Assembly (NCBI GenBank): GCA_001775995.1
Contig: MEZH01000001.1
Span: forward strand, 32,001 to 96,000
DNA length: 64,000 nucleotides
Direction of reading: 5' to 3'
Source of the DNA: Candidatus Bathyarchaeota archaeon RBG_16_48_13
Lineage (GTDB): Archaea; Thermoproteota; Bathyarchaeia; RBG-16-48-13
Position numbers and translations under genes: made by a program. The notes beneath the pieces are model-generated. The model had not been told where the DNA came from. It ran no database searches and saw only the letters and a list, made by a program, of their open reading frames with translations. This document shows positions 28,093 through 38,335 of this stretch, piece by piece (the stretch's first letter is position 1; each line of letters begins with the position of its first letter).

Positions 28093-28279
28093 CCCGAGGT
28101 AGCTCAGAGCTCACGGGAACAAAACCCTTGAACGGGTAACCTGGTAGAAAAGTGCCCAAGGTTGGGCCACGCCAAAAGCTTCCGGCTGTAGGCATTTGCC
28201 ATGAAGTGCAAGTACTACTCAGCCTATCAGGCTAACAGATACCGGAGTGTCAGGTGTTCAATTCACCTCCTCGGGACCA
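28093..28279 (+). tRNA. tRNA-Tyr(GTA), introns at 15/16 (28108-28139), 22/23 (28148-28176) and 37/38 (28192-28240), CCA encoded
   Basis: C1-G72 acceptor; BHBs GCTC/GGGT, TGGT/GCCA, CTGT/ACAG; spliced length 77 nt. Confidence 0.9.
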
Positions 28280-28445
28280 CATGTCAATATAAAAAAGATG
28301 AGTCCATAGATTTTCTTCGCTAATAGACAATAACCCAACGAAATAGGCATTATGTACCACCCCCAGCCTAGTCTAATAGAAAGTTTAAATATCTCATAGA
28401 GATTGCAGAAAAGGGATGTCGCTCTCCTATGGATAGGCTGAAAAC

Positions 28446-28958
28446 ATGAGGGGAAAATGTTACAGATTTTCAAAAGGGATGGCATATACTAGAAAGAAGT
28501 ACATCCACGGTTCGCCCCAGAACAAAATCTCCAAATTCACTATGGGAGACCCAGCGGGTAGCTTTGACCTTCGGGCATCTTTGATAGTCTTGGATGGGGG
28601 CCAAATCCGCCATAACGCCTTGGAGGCAGCTAGAATCGCATCCAACAAGGTCTTATTTGATAAACTTGGAGAGAAGGGATATTGTTTAAGAATCATGGTT
28701 TACCCGCACATGATCCTCCGAGAGAATAAAATGATGGCATTCGCTGGAGCTGATCGACTTCAAGAGGGAATGAGAAAAGCATTTGGCAAACCTATAGGCA
28801 GCGCTGCGAGAGTTAAACCGGACCAGGTAATAATAATCTCAGAGGTACCCTCCGCGGCCTTGGATTTAGTTAAAGTATCAATGAGAGTTGGATCTTCCAA
28901 GATCCCTCTTCCATGCAGAGTTGAGATAGTCAAACTCGAGAAAGCCATCGCACCATGA
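28446..28958 (+). CDS. rpl10e: Ribosomal protein uL16 (L10e)
   Basis: QIRHNALEAARI, YPHMILRENK, GADRLQEGMRKAFGKP. Confidence 0.95.
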   Translation: MRGKCYRFSKGMAYTRKKYIHGSPQNKISKFTMGDPAGSFDLRASLIVLDGGQIRHNALEAARIASNKVLFDKLGEKGYCLRIMVYPHMILRENKMMAFAGADRLQEGMRKAFGKPIGSAARVKPDQVIIISEVPSAALDLVKVSMRVGSSKIPLPCRVEIVKLEKAIAP

Positions 28959-29019
28959 TGCGACGCCGTCTTAAAAGGCTTCTTTATACATATATCTCTA
29001 GTCGGTGCATAACATATAG

Positions 29020-30009
29020 ATGTTTGAGTTGGAAGAAGAGAAGCTTCTTAGGAAACTGACAAAAATCGGCCCTAGACTCATTCTGATTCAGCTTCCTGAA
29101 GGCTTAAAGAAGGAAGGATTCACCCTAGCCCAGCTTATTGAGGGTAGAACCAATATCGATGTGGCGGTCTCTGCAGATCCCTGTTACGGCGGCTGTGATG
29201 TGGCGATAGATGAAGCCTTGCTTCTGGGAGCAGAGTTGGTAGTCCATTATGGTCACACGCCATTTCTGAGCAAGACAGAGATCCCCGTAATATATATGCG
29301 AGCAAAATCAAGAGTGAATGTTGCCAAAATCGTGAGAAAATCCATCCCCACCCTATCACCATACAACGTGATAGGTTTGGTTGCAACTGCACAAAACGCA
29401 AGCAAATTGAAGGAAGTTAAGAGGATCCTCGAAGACGCTGGAAAAATAGTACGCATAGGCAAGAAGAGCGGCTTGGCAAAGATGGATGGCCAAATATTAG
29501 GTTGTGATTATTCGACAGCAAGATCCATCGTGAAATCCGTGGACGCCTTTCTTTTTGTAGGTGGTGGCGATTTTCATCCATTAGGATTGGCCATGAGAAC
29601 GAGAAAAAAAGTCGTAGTAGCTGACCCTTATAGAAATCGAATAATAGATATGGAGAGTCTGGCAAGAATTGCGCTAAATCAAAGATGGATGGCCATAGAA
29701 GAAGCCCGTAAAGCAAAGAGGTTTGGCATAATAATCGCGCTAAAGCTGGGTCAAAAGAAAATCTCTGACGCTAACAAGATTCGGGAGAAGTTGAAAAGGA
29801 GTGGAAGGAACTCCGTGCTATTGGCGGCCAGAGAAGTGATCCCTGAAAGTCTGCTGAACTTTCAAGACATCGAAGCGTTTGTGATAACCGCTTGTCCACG
29901 TATAGCTATTGATGACTCGCAAAGATTTTTGAAGCCCGTTCTAAACCAAGAGGAATTCTCCATAATGATTGGAGAAAGACCATGGGAAGACTACACAGAG
30001 AAATGGTAA
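29020..30009 (+). CDS. dph2: Diphthamide biosynthesis enzyme Dph2
   Basis: QLPEGL, PCYGGCD, HYGH, ILGCD, FHPLG, ACPRI. Confidence 0.93.
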   Translation: MFELEEEKLLRKLTKIGPRLILIQLPEGLKKEGFTLAQLIEGRTNIDVAVSADPCYGGCDVAIDEALLLGAELVVHYGHTPFLSKTEIPVIYMRAKSRVNVAKIVRKSIPTLSPYNVIGLVATAQNASKLKEVKRILEDAGKIVRIGKKSGLAKMDGQILGCDYSTARSIVKSVDAFLFVGGGDFHPLGLAMRTRKKVVVADPYRNRIIDMESLARIALNQRWMAIEEARKAKRFGIIIALKLGQKKISDANKIREKLKRSGRNSVLLAAREVIPESLLNFQDIEAFVITACPRIAIDDSQRFLKPVLNQEEFSIMIGERPWEDYTEKW

Positions 30010-30647
30010 AAACCAATAAAAGTGGGCTCTCTAATATGCAGACCTTTAAAAAACGGAACCTGGAAATGCTTCTAAGCACTCTAACGTCCTTCGAATGCCC
30101 AAGAATCATGCTGGAACAATATACAACACCTCCCAGAGTCGCATCTGAGATGCTCTTCCTGGCCGCTTTCATAAATGATGACATACGCGACAGGCGAGTT
30201 CTAGATTTAGGTAGCGGGAATGGATGTCTGGCAATAGGTGCAAAATTGACGGGAGCGAAGGAGGCCGTGGGGGTGGAAATTGACCCAAATATTATTAGAT
30301 TAGCCATAGAAAATGCTAGAAAGATCGGCGTCAACATCGAATGGATTAATGCACCGATTGACGTTGTTCTTCCACCATTTGACACTATAATAATGAACCC
30401 CCCCTTTGGCACAAGAAGGGAACATACGGATAGAGAATTCCTTGAAAAGGCTATGGAAATAGGTGAAGTAATCTATTCTATCCACAAGACAAGTACAAGG
30501 GACTACCTAATCAAATATATTCATTCCATGAAGAGAAGAGTGGATACGTTACTTCAAATGAAACTAGAAATTCCTTACTTATATAAATTCCACACCAAGA
30601 GGAAGGGGTTGATTGAAGTTGATCTATTCAGAATAACGAGATCATAG
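29982..30647 (+). CDS. METTL5-family SAM-dependent methyltransferase
   Basis: LEQYTTP, DLGSGNG.LAIG, MNPPFG. Confidence 0.88.
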   Translation: MGRLHREMVKTNKSGLSNMQTFKKRNLEMLLSTLTSFECPRIMLEQYTTPPRVASEMLFLAAFINDDIRDRRVLDLGSGNGCLAIGAKLTGAKEAVGVEIDPNIIRLAIENARKIGVNIEWINAPIDVVLPPFDTIIMNPPFGTRREHTDREFLEKAMEIGEVIYSIHKTSTRDYLIKYIHSMKRRVDTLLQMKLEIPYLYKFHTKRKGLIEVDLFRITRS

Positions 30648-30769
30648 AGGAAAGGAAAGATCGGCGTAGATAAAGGTTAAAAGAGGCGACGCACCCTAAA
30701 AGACCGCTACTAACCTGATAAGTCTCTAATGAATTCTCATGGTAATGACCCTTTGTCTGAGGCAAGAAA

Positions 30770-31381
30770 TTGGACGACAATGGCATGCGTAAAAAGAAGC
30801 AAGGCACTCATAATGATAGAGAAAATGAAAAAACTCAGATAATTATCCCAGGAGACAAACTCGGCGTAATAGAAGAGTATGTGCCTGGTCAGGGCACATT
30901 CACGAATGATGGCAATATTATTTCCTCTGTGATAGGAAAGAAAGAGATATCTCCCAAGACTCGAAGTATTTCCATCGGCCCAGCAAGGCCTCTAACAATG
31001 CCTACTCTTGGAAGCCTTGTTGAAGGCCAAGTTACCAGCGTTCAGGATAAGATGGCGAATATCCGTATCCTAAAAGTTGGCGAAAAAATCCCATCAGGTT
31101 TCTTCACAGGTGTGATCCACATTTCCACAGCAAGTGACGACTACGTGAAAGTGATGCCTTTTGTGTGTAAACCAGGTGATATAGTGAGAGCGAAGGTCAT
31201 AAGCGACAAGAATCGAACATATCAACTTTCCACAGCAGAGAAGAACCTGGGAGTGATACACGGTTTTTGTTCAAGATGTGGAGGTAGCCTATTCAAAAGA
31301 GGAAGAATCCTCCAATGTAACACCTGCCAGAATACCGAAGAAAGAAAGACCGCGAATGACTACGGAAACGGTGCGCAGTAA
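30770..31381 (+). CDS. csl4: Exosome subunit Csl4
   Basis: PGDKLG..EEY.PG.G, S1 domain (PGDIVRAKV), CSRC...CNTC zinc ribbon. Confidence 0.92.
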   Translation: MDDNGMRKKKQGTHNDRENEKTQIIIPGDKLGVIEEYVPGQGTFTNDGNIISSVIGKKEISPKTRSISIGPARPLTMPTLGSLVEGQVTSVQDKMANIRILKVGEKIPSGFFTGVIHISTASDDYVKVMPFVCKPGDIVRAKVISDKNRTYQLSTAEKNLGVIHGFCSRCGGSLFKRGRILQCNTCQNTEERKTANDYGNGAQ

Positions 31382-31394
31382 GTGGAGGCAGAGG

Positions 31395-31694
31395 ATGAAC
31401 ATAAGAATCATAAGCAAAACTAAGAACAACGTGAAGATCGAGATTGAAGGTGAAGGTCATACCTTTTGTAATATTCTACAAAAAACTCTGCTTCTAGATC
31501 GGGACGTTGAATATGCGGGATACAATGTTCCTCATCCTCTTACAAATAACTCATTTGTAGAGTTGAAGGTCAAAGGTAGCAGGAAAGCAGAGAAAATACT
31601 GATCACTTCTGCCAAGAAGATTGGAGACGAGGCCAAGGAGTTCGAAGAGAAAATTGGAAAAGCTCTAGTTAAGTACTCGCCCAAAAACGAGTAA
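31395..31694 (+). CDS. rpoL: RNA polymerase subunit L (Rpo11)
   Basis: GEGHTFCN, AGYNVPHPL; ATG at 31395. Confidence 0.92.
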   Translation: MNIRIISKTKNNVKIEIEGEGHTFCNILQKTLLLDRDVEYAGYNVPHPLTNNSFVELKVKGSRKAEKILITSAKKIGDEAKEFEEKIGKALVKYSPKNE

Positions 31695-32138
31695 GTGTCA
31701 ATGCCCATCTTTCTGGAAGAGTACCTTCAAAAGAACTTGTTGAGATGTTCCATTCGAGAGATTCTTCTGGATAAAGAGTTAGCCCAGCTGGGCGACGCAT
31801 ACGTGAATTTCATTTACTCTCTCGCTCTATCTATTTCTGAAAGAAGACCGCTCGGAAAGAAGGTTTCCAGCGAGATCTTGGCAAACGCTATCAAGGAGAG
31901 CGATATCCGGCGGCTTCTACCCAGCGGATCTGATAGACATACTCAAGGAGATGCTGCTGAAGCATTAATATTATGCTCATGGATAACTGACAGGGTGACT
32001 ATTGAAGAAGCTGTCAGAATCTTGAGAAAAGAAGCTGACCCGGTAAAGGCGTTCAAAGGACTCCTACTGCAAGTAATGAAAGAGTTCTCCGAGAAAGGTT
32101 TAAAAGAAAGAGTAAGCGAACCACTTCGCGAGTTGTAG
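31695..32138 (+). CDS. Archaeal RNase III-like protein
   Basis: LAQLGDAYVNF, GDAAEALI. Confidence 0.75.
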   Translation: MSMPIFLEEYLQKNLLRCSIREILLDKELAQLGDAYVNFIYSLALSISERRPLGKKVSSEILANAIKESDIRRLLPSGSDRHTQGDAAEALILCSWITDRVTIEEAVRILRKEADPVKAFKGLLLQVMKEFSEKGLKERVSEPLREL

Positions 32139-32140
32139 CA

Positions 32141-32488
32141 ATGGATTTCTGTCCTAAGTGCGGGAGCAGACTTGTTCCGACGCCGAAGTCCGGGAAGAAG
32201 AAAGCTGCAGTAATATACGCGTGCCCGAAATGTGGATATGAAAAAGGGATTAGGGGCAGAGACGCTGAAGCTCTGCCAAAAGTAATAGAACATAGACCTC
32301 AAGAGCAGATAGCGGTCATAAGCCCTCAAGAGAATCCGCAGACCATGCCAACTATAAAAATAACGTGCCCTAAATGTCGCCATAATGAGGCTTCTTGGTG
32401 GCTTGTACAAACCCGCGGAGCTGACGAAAGCCCCACTCAATTCTATAGATGTATAAAATGTGGCTACACTTGGAGAGAGTATAGCTAG
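32141..32488 (+). CDS. tfs: Transcription factor S
   Basis: FCPKCG, CPKC, QTRGADE, FYRCIKCGYTWRE. Confidence 0.95.
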   Translation: MDFCPKCGSRLVPTPKSGKKKAAVIYACPKCGYEKGIRGRDAEALPKVIEHRPQEQIAVISPQENPQTMPTIKITCPKCRHNEASWWLVQTRGADESPTQFYRCIKCGYTWREYS

Positions 32489-32587
32489 AGCCAAGATGCG
32501 ACCGAAAGAATTTAATCCTTTTTATGCTACTCTAGTTCCAGACTCAATCTGAATTGTAGACAAGCAGACCTTTGGAGTGGAAAAGCT

Positions 32588-33343
32588 TTGTTCAGGATAA
32601 AGATGGAAGACGCCAAACTGTGGAAGAATCTCGTCTCGGCAATATCAACTCTCATAGACGAAGTCGGCTTCAACGCTACCCCTGATGGGATAGAATTGAG
32701 GGCTATGGATCCCAGCCACGTTGCCATGGTCGATTTCTATTGGCCTAAGATAGCCTTTGATGAGTACGAATGTGACAGGACCACTAAAGTTGCTTTCAAT
32801 GTAAAAGAGATGCTGAAATTACTCAGGAGAGTAAAAGGCGACGAAGACCTTGAGTTGACTCTAGATGAAAAGAGTGGAAAGATAGTAATCAAAATCAAAG
32901 GAAAATACCTTCGAATTTTCAACATAGCGATACTTGACATAACTTCAGAAGAAGTTCCTACTCCGAAAATATCATTCAATACTAAAGTCAAACTCACCAC
33001 TGAAAATTTGCGAGAAGCATTTGACGATGCATCACTTGTCAGCGATAACATAAAACTGGAGAGCTCCCCTGGAAAACTGACCCTCAGGGCTTCAGGAGAT
33101 ACGGGTAGTGCAGTGATAGAGATGGACAAAGAAAGCGCCGCCTTGTTAGATATTGAGGTCAAAGAGAATTCCAAGTCAACATTTAGCCTGAATTATCTAT
33201 TCAATATAGTAAGGGAAGCGTCAAGTATCTCGGAGATAGTCACAATGGAATTCTCTAACAATATGCCAGTAAGATTAGATTTTGAGTTGCTTCAACAGGG
33301 AAAGCTATCCTACTATGTAGCCCCACGCATAGAGACAGAATGA
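32588..33343 (+). CDS. pcn: PCNA sliding clamp
   Basis: RAMDPSHVAMVD, YYVAPR. Confidence 0.95.
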   Translation: MFRIKMEDAKLWKNLVSAISTLIDEVGFNATPDGIELRAMDPSHVAMVDFYWPKIAFDEYECDRTTKVAFNVKEMLKLLRRVKGDEDLELTLDEKSGKIVIKIKGKYLRIFNIAILDITSEEVPTPKISFNTKVKLTTENLREAFDDASLVSDNIKLESSPGKLTLRASGDTGSAVIEMDKESAALLDIEVKENSKSTFSLNYLFNIVREASSISEIVTMEFSNNMPVRLDFELLQQGKLSYYVAPRIETE

Positions 33344-33368
33344 TGCAACATTAATAATAAAGTTGAGG

Positions 33369-34703
33369 TCACTTGGTCTGTTGGAAACCCTTGAAAAAGG
33401 GCATCTTTCGCCTTTTTAGAGACTTCATCATCTTCTTCATGGCGAAGTATTGCTGAATCATGTCTTTAACATCTTTCTCTGAGGTCCCCGATCCTCGGGA
33501 AACCCTCTTTACTCTTGGGGAGTTGAGGATCTTTGGCTCTTCTTTTTCTTCCCTGGTCATTGATTGGATTATGAATCGCCATTTCTTGAGTCTCTCCTCT
33601 GCTACGTCCACGGCTTCATCTGGAACCTTGTACCCCAGTCCTGGAACCATCTTTAGAATCTGTTTGAATGGCCCAACCTTCTGCATGGCTTCGAGCTGCT
33701 CATACATGTCCTCTAGGGTAAGCCTACCGCTAATGATGGCCTTAACCTTCTTCTCGGATGTCTCAAGTTTGGCTGTCTTGACCTTCTCCACTAAGCCTTC
33801 TATGTCACCCATTCCTAAGAGTCGCCCAACGAACTGAGAGGGAACAAATGCCTCTAAATTCTCTAACCTTTCTCCTGTGCCAATGAACTTGATCGGTGCT
33901 CCTGTTACAGCTACGGCCGAAAGAGCGCCGCCACCTCTGGCTGAACCGTCAAGCTTAGAAACTATTATCGATCCTATGGGTGTCGCTTCGTGAAAGGCTT
34001 TGGCTTGGGCCTCAGCTTGCTGGCCGATAGTACCGTCTATAACGAGAATAATCTCATCAGGCTTAACAGCTTGAGACGTCATTTTCATGTCTTCTATCAG
34101 ACTCTTTTCATCCTTATGCCTGCCCATTGTATCAATGAATACTATGTCCAACCCTTCTTGTCGAAACTTTTCCAAACCCTGTTTTACTACCTTGACAGAG
34201 TCTTTCTCGGTTGAATCACCAAAGAGAGGTATGTTCACTTGGGATGCCAATTGCTTTAATTGTTGATATGCTCCCGGCCTGAATGTGTCTGCGCAGATAA
34301 GCCCTGTTTTGAACCCTCGTTTCTGATAGTACCGAGCTAACTTCGCTGTTGTGGTGGTCTTGCCCGAGCCCTGAACCCCAACCATCATAAATATATTCGT
34401 TCTACCTTGAGTGACGTCCAGTTTGGTAGTCTTTTCACCTAGAAAGTTTGTAAGCTCGTCGTAGACGACTTTGACTACATGCTCTCGTCGCGCCACGCCT
34501 GGAGGTAAATCCTCTTTTAAGGCTTTTTCTTCTATCCTTCTTGATATCTGAAGAACCAATTCGACTTTTACATCTGCCTGAAGCAGGGCCCTTTGAAGAT
34601 CTTTGACTAGTTCTTTTACTTGAGCCTCGTCGACTATCGTGGTCCTTAGAATTTTTCTCATGGCTTCATATAGGGATGATCCCAATCTTTCTAGAGCAGC
34701 CAA
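33369..34703 (-). CDS. srp54: Signal recognition particle protein SRP54
   Basis: [37 protein letters not shown] domain. Confidence 0.96.
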   Translation of the reverse strand: MAALERLGSSLYEAMRKILRTTIVDEAQVKELVKDLQRALLQADVKVELVLQISRRIEEKALKEDLPPGVARREHVVKVVYDELTNFLGEKTTKLDVTQGRTNIFMMVGVQGSGKTTTTAKLARYYQKRGFKTGLICADTFRPGAYQQLKQLASQVNIPLFGDSTEKDSVKVVKQGLEKFRQEGLDIVFIDTMGRHKDEKSLIEDMKMTSQAVKPDEIILVIDGTIGQQAEAQAKAFHEATPIGSIIVSKLDGSARGGGALSAVAVTGAPIKFIGTGERLENLEAFVPSQFVGRLLGMGDIEGLVEKVKTAKLETSEKKVKAIISGRLTLEDMYEQLEAMQKVGPFKQILKMVPGLGYKVPDEAVDVAEERLKKWRFIIQSMTREEKEEPKILNSPRVKRVSRGSGTSEKDVKDMIQQYFAMKKMMKSLKRRKMPFFKGFQQTK

Positions 34704-34748
34704 ACTTGATCCTTCGTTCTGTAAGAATATGTAATGTTCTTAAGTGCG

Positions 34749-35483
34749 TTATGGTGGCAATCGTTTGGGAATTGCTACTGCCTTCTTTATGACAAAATAT
34801 CCTGAATCATTGTGCCACAAGGTTTCAGACTCAAGAATTTTGATCCTATCCTTGAAAAGTGGACCATCTAAGACAAAGGTTTCACCTTCCCCACCCTCAA
34901 AGCTAAGGTGTACCCCATATCTTTCTCGGATCTTCTTCAAATCTCGCAGACAATCATAATCGATCTTTCTTCCAAGCCATTCTCTTGTCAAGCCCCTTGC
35001 CATACATGCAGTTATAATTGTATCAAAGCCCATCGATATTTCCTCCATGATGAGTTGTTCAGGATCACGTTGCCAAAGAGGGGCTATAGAAAAAAGACCT
35101 ACTGTAGAACATATCTTATCTATTCTGGACTTCTGATAGTCACTCTCTATCGCCCCGCTTACAATGGAGTCTATTTTGAAGCGCCCCTTTACCTCTTCAA
35201 TAGCAGCCTGTAGGTCTTTGAGTTCATTTTCTTTGTGACCTGTTGTCAATCTAGCCACTAGGGGTATTTCTAATGCCTCAGCCTGCAACTGCGTATGTTG
35301 AACGTTAGGATAGTGAAACATCCACGATTCATTATTCTCAGGAATCAAAGTGATAAGAGCCCGGATTTCATTACCATTCTCTTTGGCGAGACATAGAGCA
35401 TGATTTGAATCTTTTCCTCCAGAATAGAGAACAGCGGATTTCAAGTTATAATACCCTTTATGAGAATTGAAGAACTCAGCCAT
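34749..35483 (-). CDS. dph6: Diphthine-ammonia ligase
   Basis: SGGKDS, SWMFH, GAIESDYQ, EGGEGET. Confidence 0.88.
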   Translation of the reverse strand: MAEFFNSHKGYYNLKSAVLYSGGKDSNHALCLAKENGNEIRALITLIPENNESWMFHYPNVQHTQLQAEALEIPLVARLTTGHKENELKDLQAAIEEVKGRFKIDSIVSGAIESDYQKSRIDKICSTVGLFSIAPLWQRDPEQLIMEEISMGFDTIITACMARGLTREWLGRKIDYDCLRDLKKIRERYGVHLSFEGGEGETFVLDGPLFKDRIKILESETLWHNDSGYFVIKKAVAIPKRLPP

Positions 35484-36423
35484 TCATTAATTGGGCCAAT
35501 TGTAGAGCAGAGAGAACCATCAAAGGGAAAACGAATGTTGCGTCGCCTATGACAGTCACAAAGTTCCCTTTTCCTTTTATCTTTTTCCAAGATATCGCTT
35601 CTTCCAAGGGGGCACCGCTCAGACCGCCCCCCTCGGGTCTATCAAGAGTTATTTGAATAGCAGAGTCAACTCCATCTCTAAGGGTATTTATGTAAAGGGT
35701 ATGGTGCTTTGGAAGACCTCCACCGATGATTATAACTCCCACTTTCTTAGCCGTAAATACGATATCAGACAATTTACGAAAGTCAGCCAAGGGATCGATT
35801 TTGATCATATTCAGCTGACTGTAGGTCCATATATGAAGACCTAACATGGAATCTAGAAAACCTGGTGCAAAGACCGAAACATTATGCTTCAGAGACTGGA
35901 CTAGAATCGAATGTTGATCACTCAATCTCGAAGCCAATTCAGTAATAAGTTCAGATATGCCAATGCATTCCTTCTTCTTTTTAGGAATCAAGTTAAGTAT
36001 TCGGTAAAGTTCCTTTTCTAAACCAATGAAAGCACGCTGCTCCACGAATATGTCTCCAATCCTCCCAAGCTTCTTTTTCTTGAGCTCAACGTCGTCAGCA
36101 GAAAACGTTCCTATGTAGTGCCTATAACCCAAGGCCTCAATTATGTCGTGAACCAGATTGGCGCCAGTGCTTAATATTACGTTCACATACTCGTGTTCAA
36201 CTAGATAGGATAAGACATTTCGCAAGCCACCAGGAACCATCGGACCAGCTAAAGAGAGGAAGACTGTGTAATCAGGATCGTTGAACATTTCAGCCATGAT
36301 TTTGACCCCCTTAGCAAACCGTCCAGAACCCAATACGCTGCATTTTTCCATCTCTCCCACCAATTCCCTGAGGGTCATGTCCTCTTTGAAATGGAGCTGC
36401 TCTAGCGGTTTCATGAAATACAA
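35476..36423 (-). CDS. dys: Deoxyhypusine synthase
   Basis: STGANLVHD, GGGLPKHH, GGLSGA..EEAISWKKI (catalytic Lys retained). Confidence 0.92.
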   Translation of the reverse strand: MYFMKPLEQLHFKEDMTLRELVGEMEKCSVLGSGRFAKGVKIMAEMFNDPDYTVFLSLAGPMVPGGLRNVLSYLVEHEYVNVILSTGANLVHDIIEALGYRHYIGTFSADDVELKKKKLGRIGDIFVEQRAFIGLEKELYRILNLIPKKKKECIGISELITELASRLSDQHSILVQSLKHNVSVFAPGFLDSMLGLHIWTYSQLNMIKIDPLADFRKLSDIVFTAKKVGVIIIGGGLPKHHTLYINTLRDGVDSAIQITLDRPEGGGLSGAPLEEAISWKKIKGKGNFVTVIGDATFVFPLMVLSALQLAQLMNG

Positions 36424-36451
36424 CCTAATGTGATTCGCTTGATATGCCGGA

Positions 36452-36847
36452 TCACTGGCCTTTGATTCTCACTATTTTTATCCTATCTAGGACTTTCCAA
36501 TATTCAACTTCTATGCCTGAAGCAAGTTTTGTTCTTATCTCCTCTTCGGGCATCTTGGAATCGAAGATCCCATAGTTCTCAAGGTCCATTATTTGAATCT
36601 CGTTCTCACCAATGGATATGATTTGACCCGTCCTCTTCTCAATAAGTGGAACATCAACTCTGGCGTCGACAGGGCTGACGACGCTCTTCTTGGTTCCATC
36701 AAAGACCCCTATGGCTACCACCCGAGCTTTGGCTGCACCGTGCTTTCCCGGTTTGGATTTTTCGTACTCAACGACGCGACATGGCTCACCATCTATTATT
36801 ATGTAGCTACCGATCTTTACACTCCCTAGATCTACAGGTTTACTCAA
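36452..36847 (-). CDS. eif5a: Translation factor aIF5A
   Basis: SKPGKHGAAK hypusination loop. Confidence 0.96.
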   Translation of the reverse strand: MSKPVDLGSVKIGSYIIIDGEPCRVVEYEKSKPGKHGAAKARVVAIGVFDGTKKSVVSPVDARVDVPLIEKRTGQIISIGENEIQIMDLENYGIFDSKMPEEEIRTKLASGIEVEYWKVLDRIKIVRIKGQ

Positions 36848-36939
36848 TCGCTTAGCCTCTCAAAGGGTTGTCAGTCAATCCATTTGTAAGGTTTAGTGTT
36901 TAAATGTTAGCCACGCAAATAAATTGAAGAGGTGCCGAC

Positions 36940-37785
36940 TTGTTTAGAAGCGTTGGTATATACGCTAGACCAGATAAGAAAGAAGCGCTTGGACTCGCCT
37001 CGGACCTTTGTAAGTATCTTGAAAATAAGGGCTTGGATGTTAAGATTTCCCCGCAGCTTGCTAGATTTATGAAAAAACCGAAGTCGGCCGTAGAATTGAA
37101 GGATTTGACATCTGACTTCATAATAGCGGTGGGTGGAGATGGCACAATTCTAAGAATATGCATGGAAATCCCAAAATCAGATATACCATTGTTGAGCGTT
37201 AACATGGGGACAAAGGGATTCTTGACCGAAGTCACTCCGGAAGGAGCAAGAGAGGCAATTGACAGGTGTCTGAGAGGGAGATTTAATATAGAAAAATGCG
37301 TTAAGATTTCTACCTCTATAAGAGGTAGATCTATACCAGACGCTTTGAACGATGTTTTGATAACTGCTAGCACGCCTTCAAAAATGCTTCACATTGAGAT
37401 TCTTAAAGATGGCATTAGCGCACTAAAAATTCATGCTGATGGAGTTCTTCTGGCAACTCCTGTTGGATCTACAGGCTATTCTCTATCTGCTGGAGGTTCT
37501 GCTCTAGACTCAACATTAGAGGCATTTATTTTGACTCCTTTGTTTCCACTAGAGCCCACGAAACCAATCGTTTTTTCTGATGCCAGTACTTTTCAAATCC
37601 GGTTATTGGAGGATAAACCGAAGGCTTTGATAATAGTTGATGGAACATACCAACAGAAGATCTCTCCTGATGACAATATTATGCTCAAGAAGTCGGATAA
37701 GATTGCGGCGTTCATTCGTTTTAAGGAGCATTTCCCTAAGAGACTGAGAAGTAGGCTCGCCTTCGCTGGGGAAGACTTTGGGTAA
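36940..37785 (+). CDS. nadK: NAD kinase
   Basis: GGDGT, ALND, ADG...TPVGSTGYSLSAGG. Confidence 0.93.
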   Translation: MFRSVGIYARPDKKEALGLASDLCKYLENKGLDVKISPQLARFMKKPKSAVELKDLTSDFIIAVGGDGTILRICMEIPKSDIPLLSVNMGTKGFLTEVTPEGAREAIDRCLRGRFNIEKCVKISTSIRGRSIPDALNDVLITASTPSKMLHIEILKDGISALKIHADGVLLATPVGSTGYSLSAGGSALDSTLEAFILTPLFPLEPTKPIVFSDASTFQIRLLEDKPKALIIVDGTYQQKISPDDNIMLKKSDKIAAFIRFKEHFPKRLRSRLAFAGEDFG

Positions 37786-38332
37786 TTCCCCCCACTGGCA
37801 GTTGCTAATACTGGATGCTTCGGCCTTTATAATGGGCTATGAACCATCAAATATCAAGACAAAACAATTTTCAGTTCCAAGCGTCCTTAGAGAACTGATA
37901 CCTGAAAGCACCCCGTGGATACGTTTTATGATAGCGCTAGAAGGATGCCTCTTACAGGTCCAAGCACCTACTGAGAGTTATTTAAAGGAAGTTGAAAAAG
38001 CCTCTGTAAAAGTCGGCGAAGGGAAGAAGCTCTCGGACACTGATCGTGATATCTTGGCATTAGCTTTGGAGCTCAAAGATAGGGGTAAGGAACCGGTCAT
38101 AGTCAGTGATGATTATTCCATTCAAAATATTGCTGAGAGCAAAGGAATTCGGTATATCTCTCTGTCGACATTGGGGATAAGATATCTTTTGAAACGGACT
38201 CTATACTGTCCAGCATGTTACAGACGATATCCGTCAAGCTATATCTCGGAAACTTGCAGAGTATGCGGTACCAAACTTAGGAGAAGGACCACAAGAAAGA
38301 CCCTTGCAACGAGAGGGGAAAAAGGGGAGTAA
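37778..38332 (+). CDS. nob1: Nob1-like PIN endonuclease with zinc ribbon
   Basis: LDASAFI, LSDTD..ILALA, SDDYSIQN, CPAC...CRVCG. Confidence 0.9.
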   Translation: MGNSPHWQLLILDASAFIMGYEPSNIKTKQFSVPSVLRELIPESTPWIRFMIALEGCLLQVQAPTESYLKEVEKASVKVGEGKKLSDTDRDILALALELKDRGKEPVIVSDDYSIQNIAESKGIRYISLSTLGIRYLLKRTLYCPACYRRYPSSYISETCRVCGTKLRRRTTRKTLATRGEKGE

Positions 38333-38335
38333 AGC

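Noticed and set aside
27600-28139. 179-aa ORF as a complete gene or SSV-type integrase fragment
   Set aside because: Its second half runs antisense through tRNA-Arg and into tRNA-Tyr; no tyrosine-recombinase motifs.
28258-28485. 75-aa hydrophobic ORF
   Set aside because: It overlaps tRNA-Tyr and the rpl10e start; no support beyond hydrophobicity.
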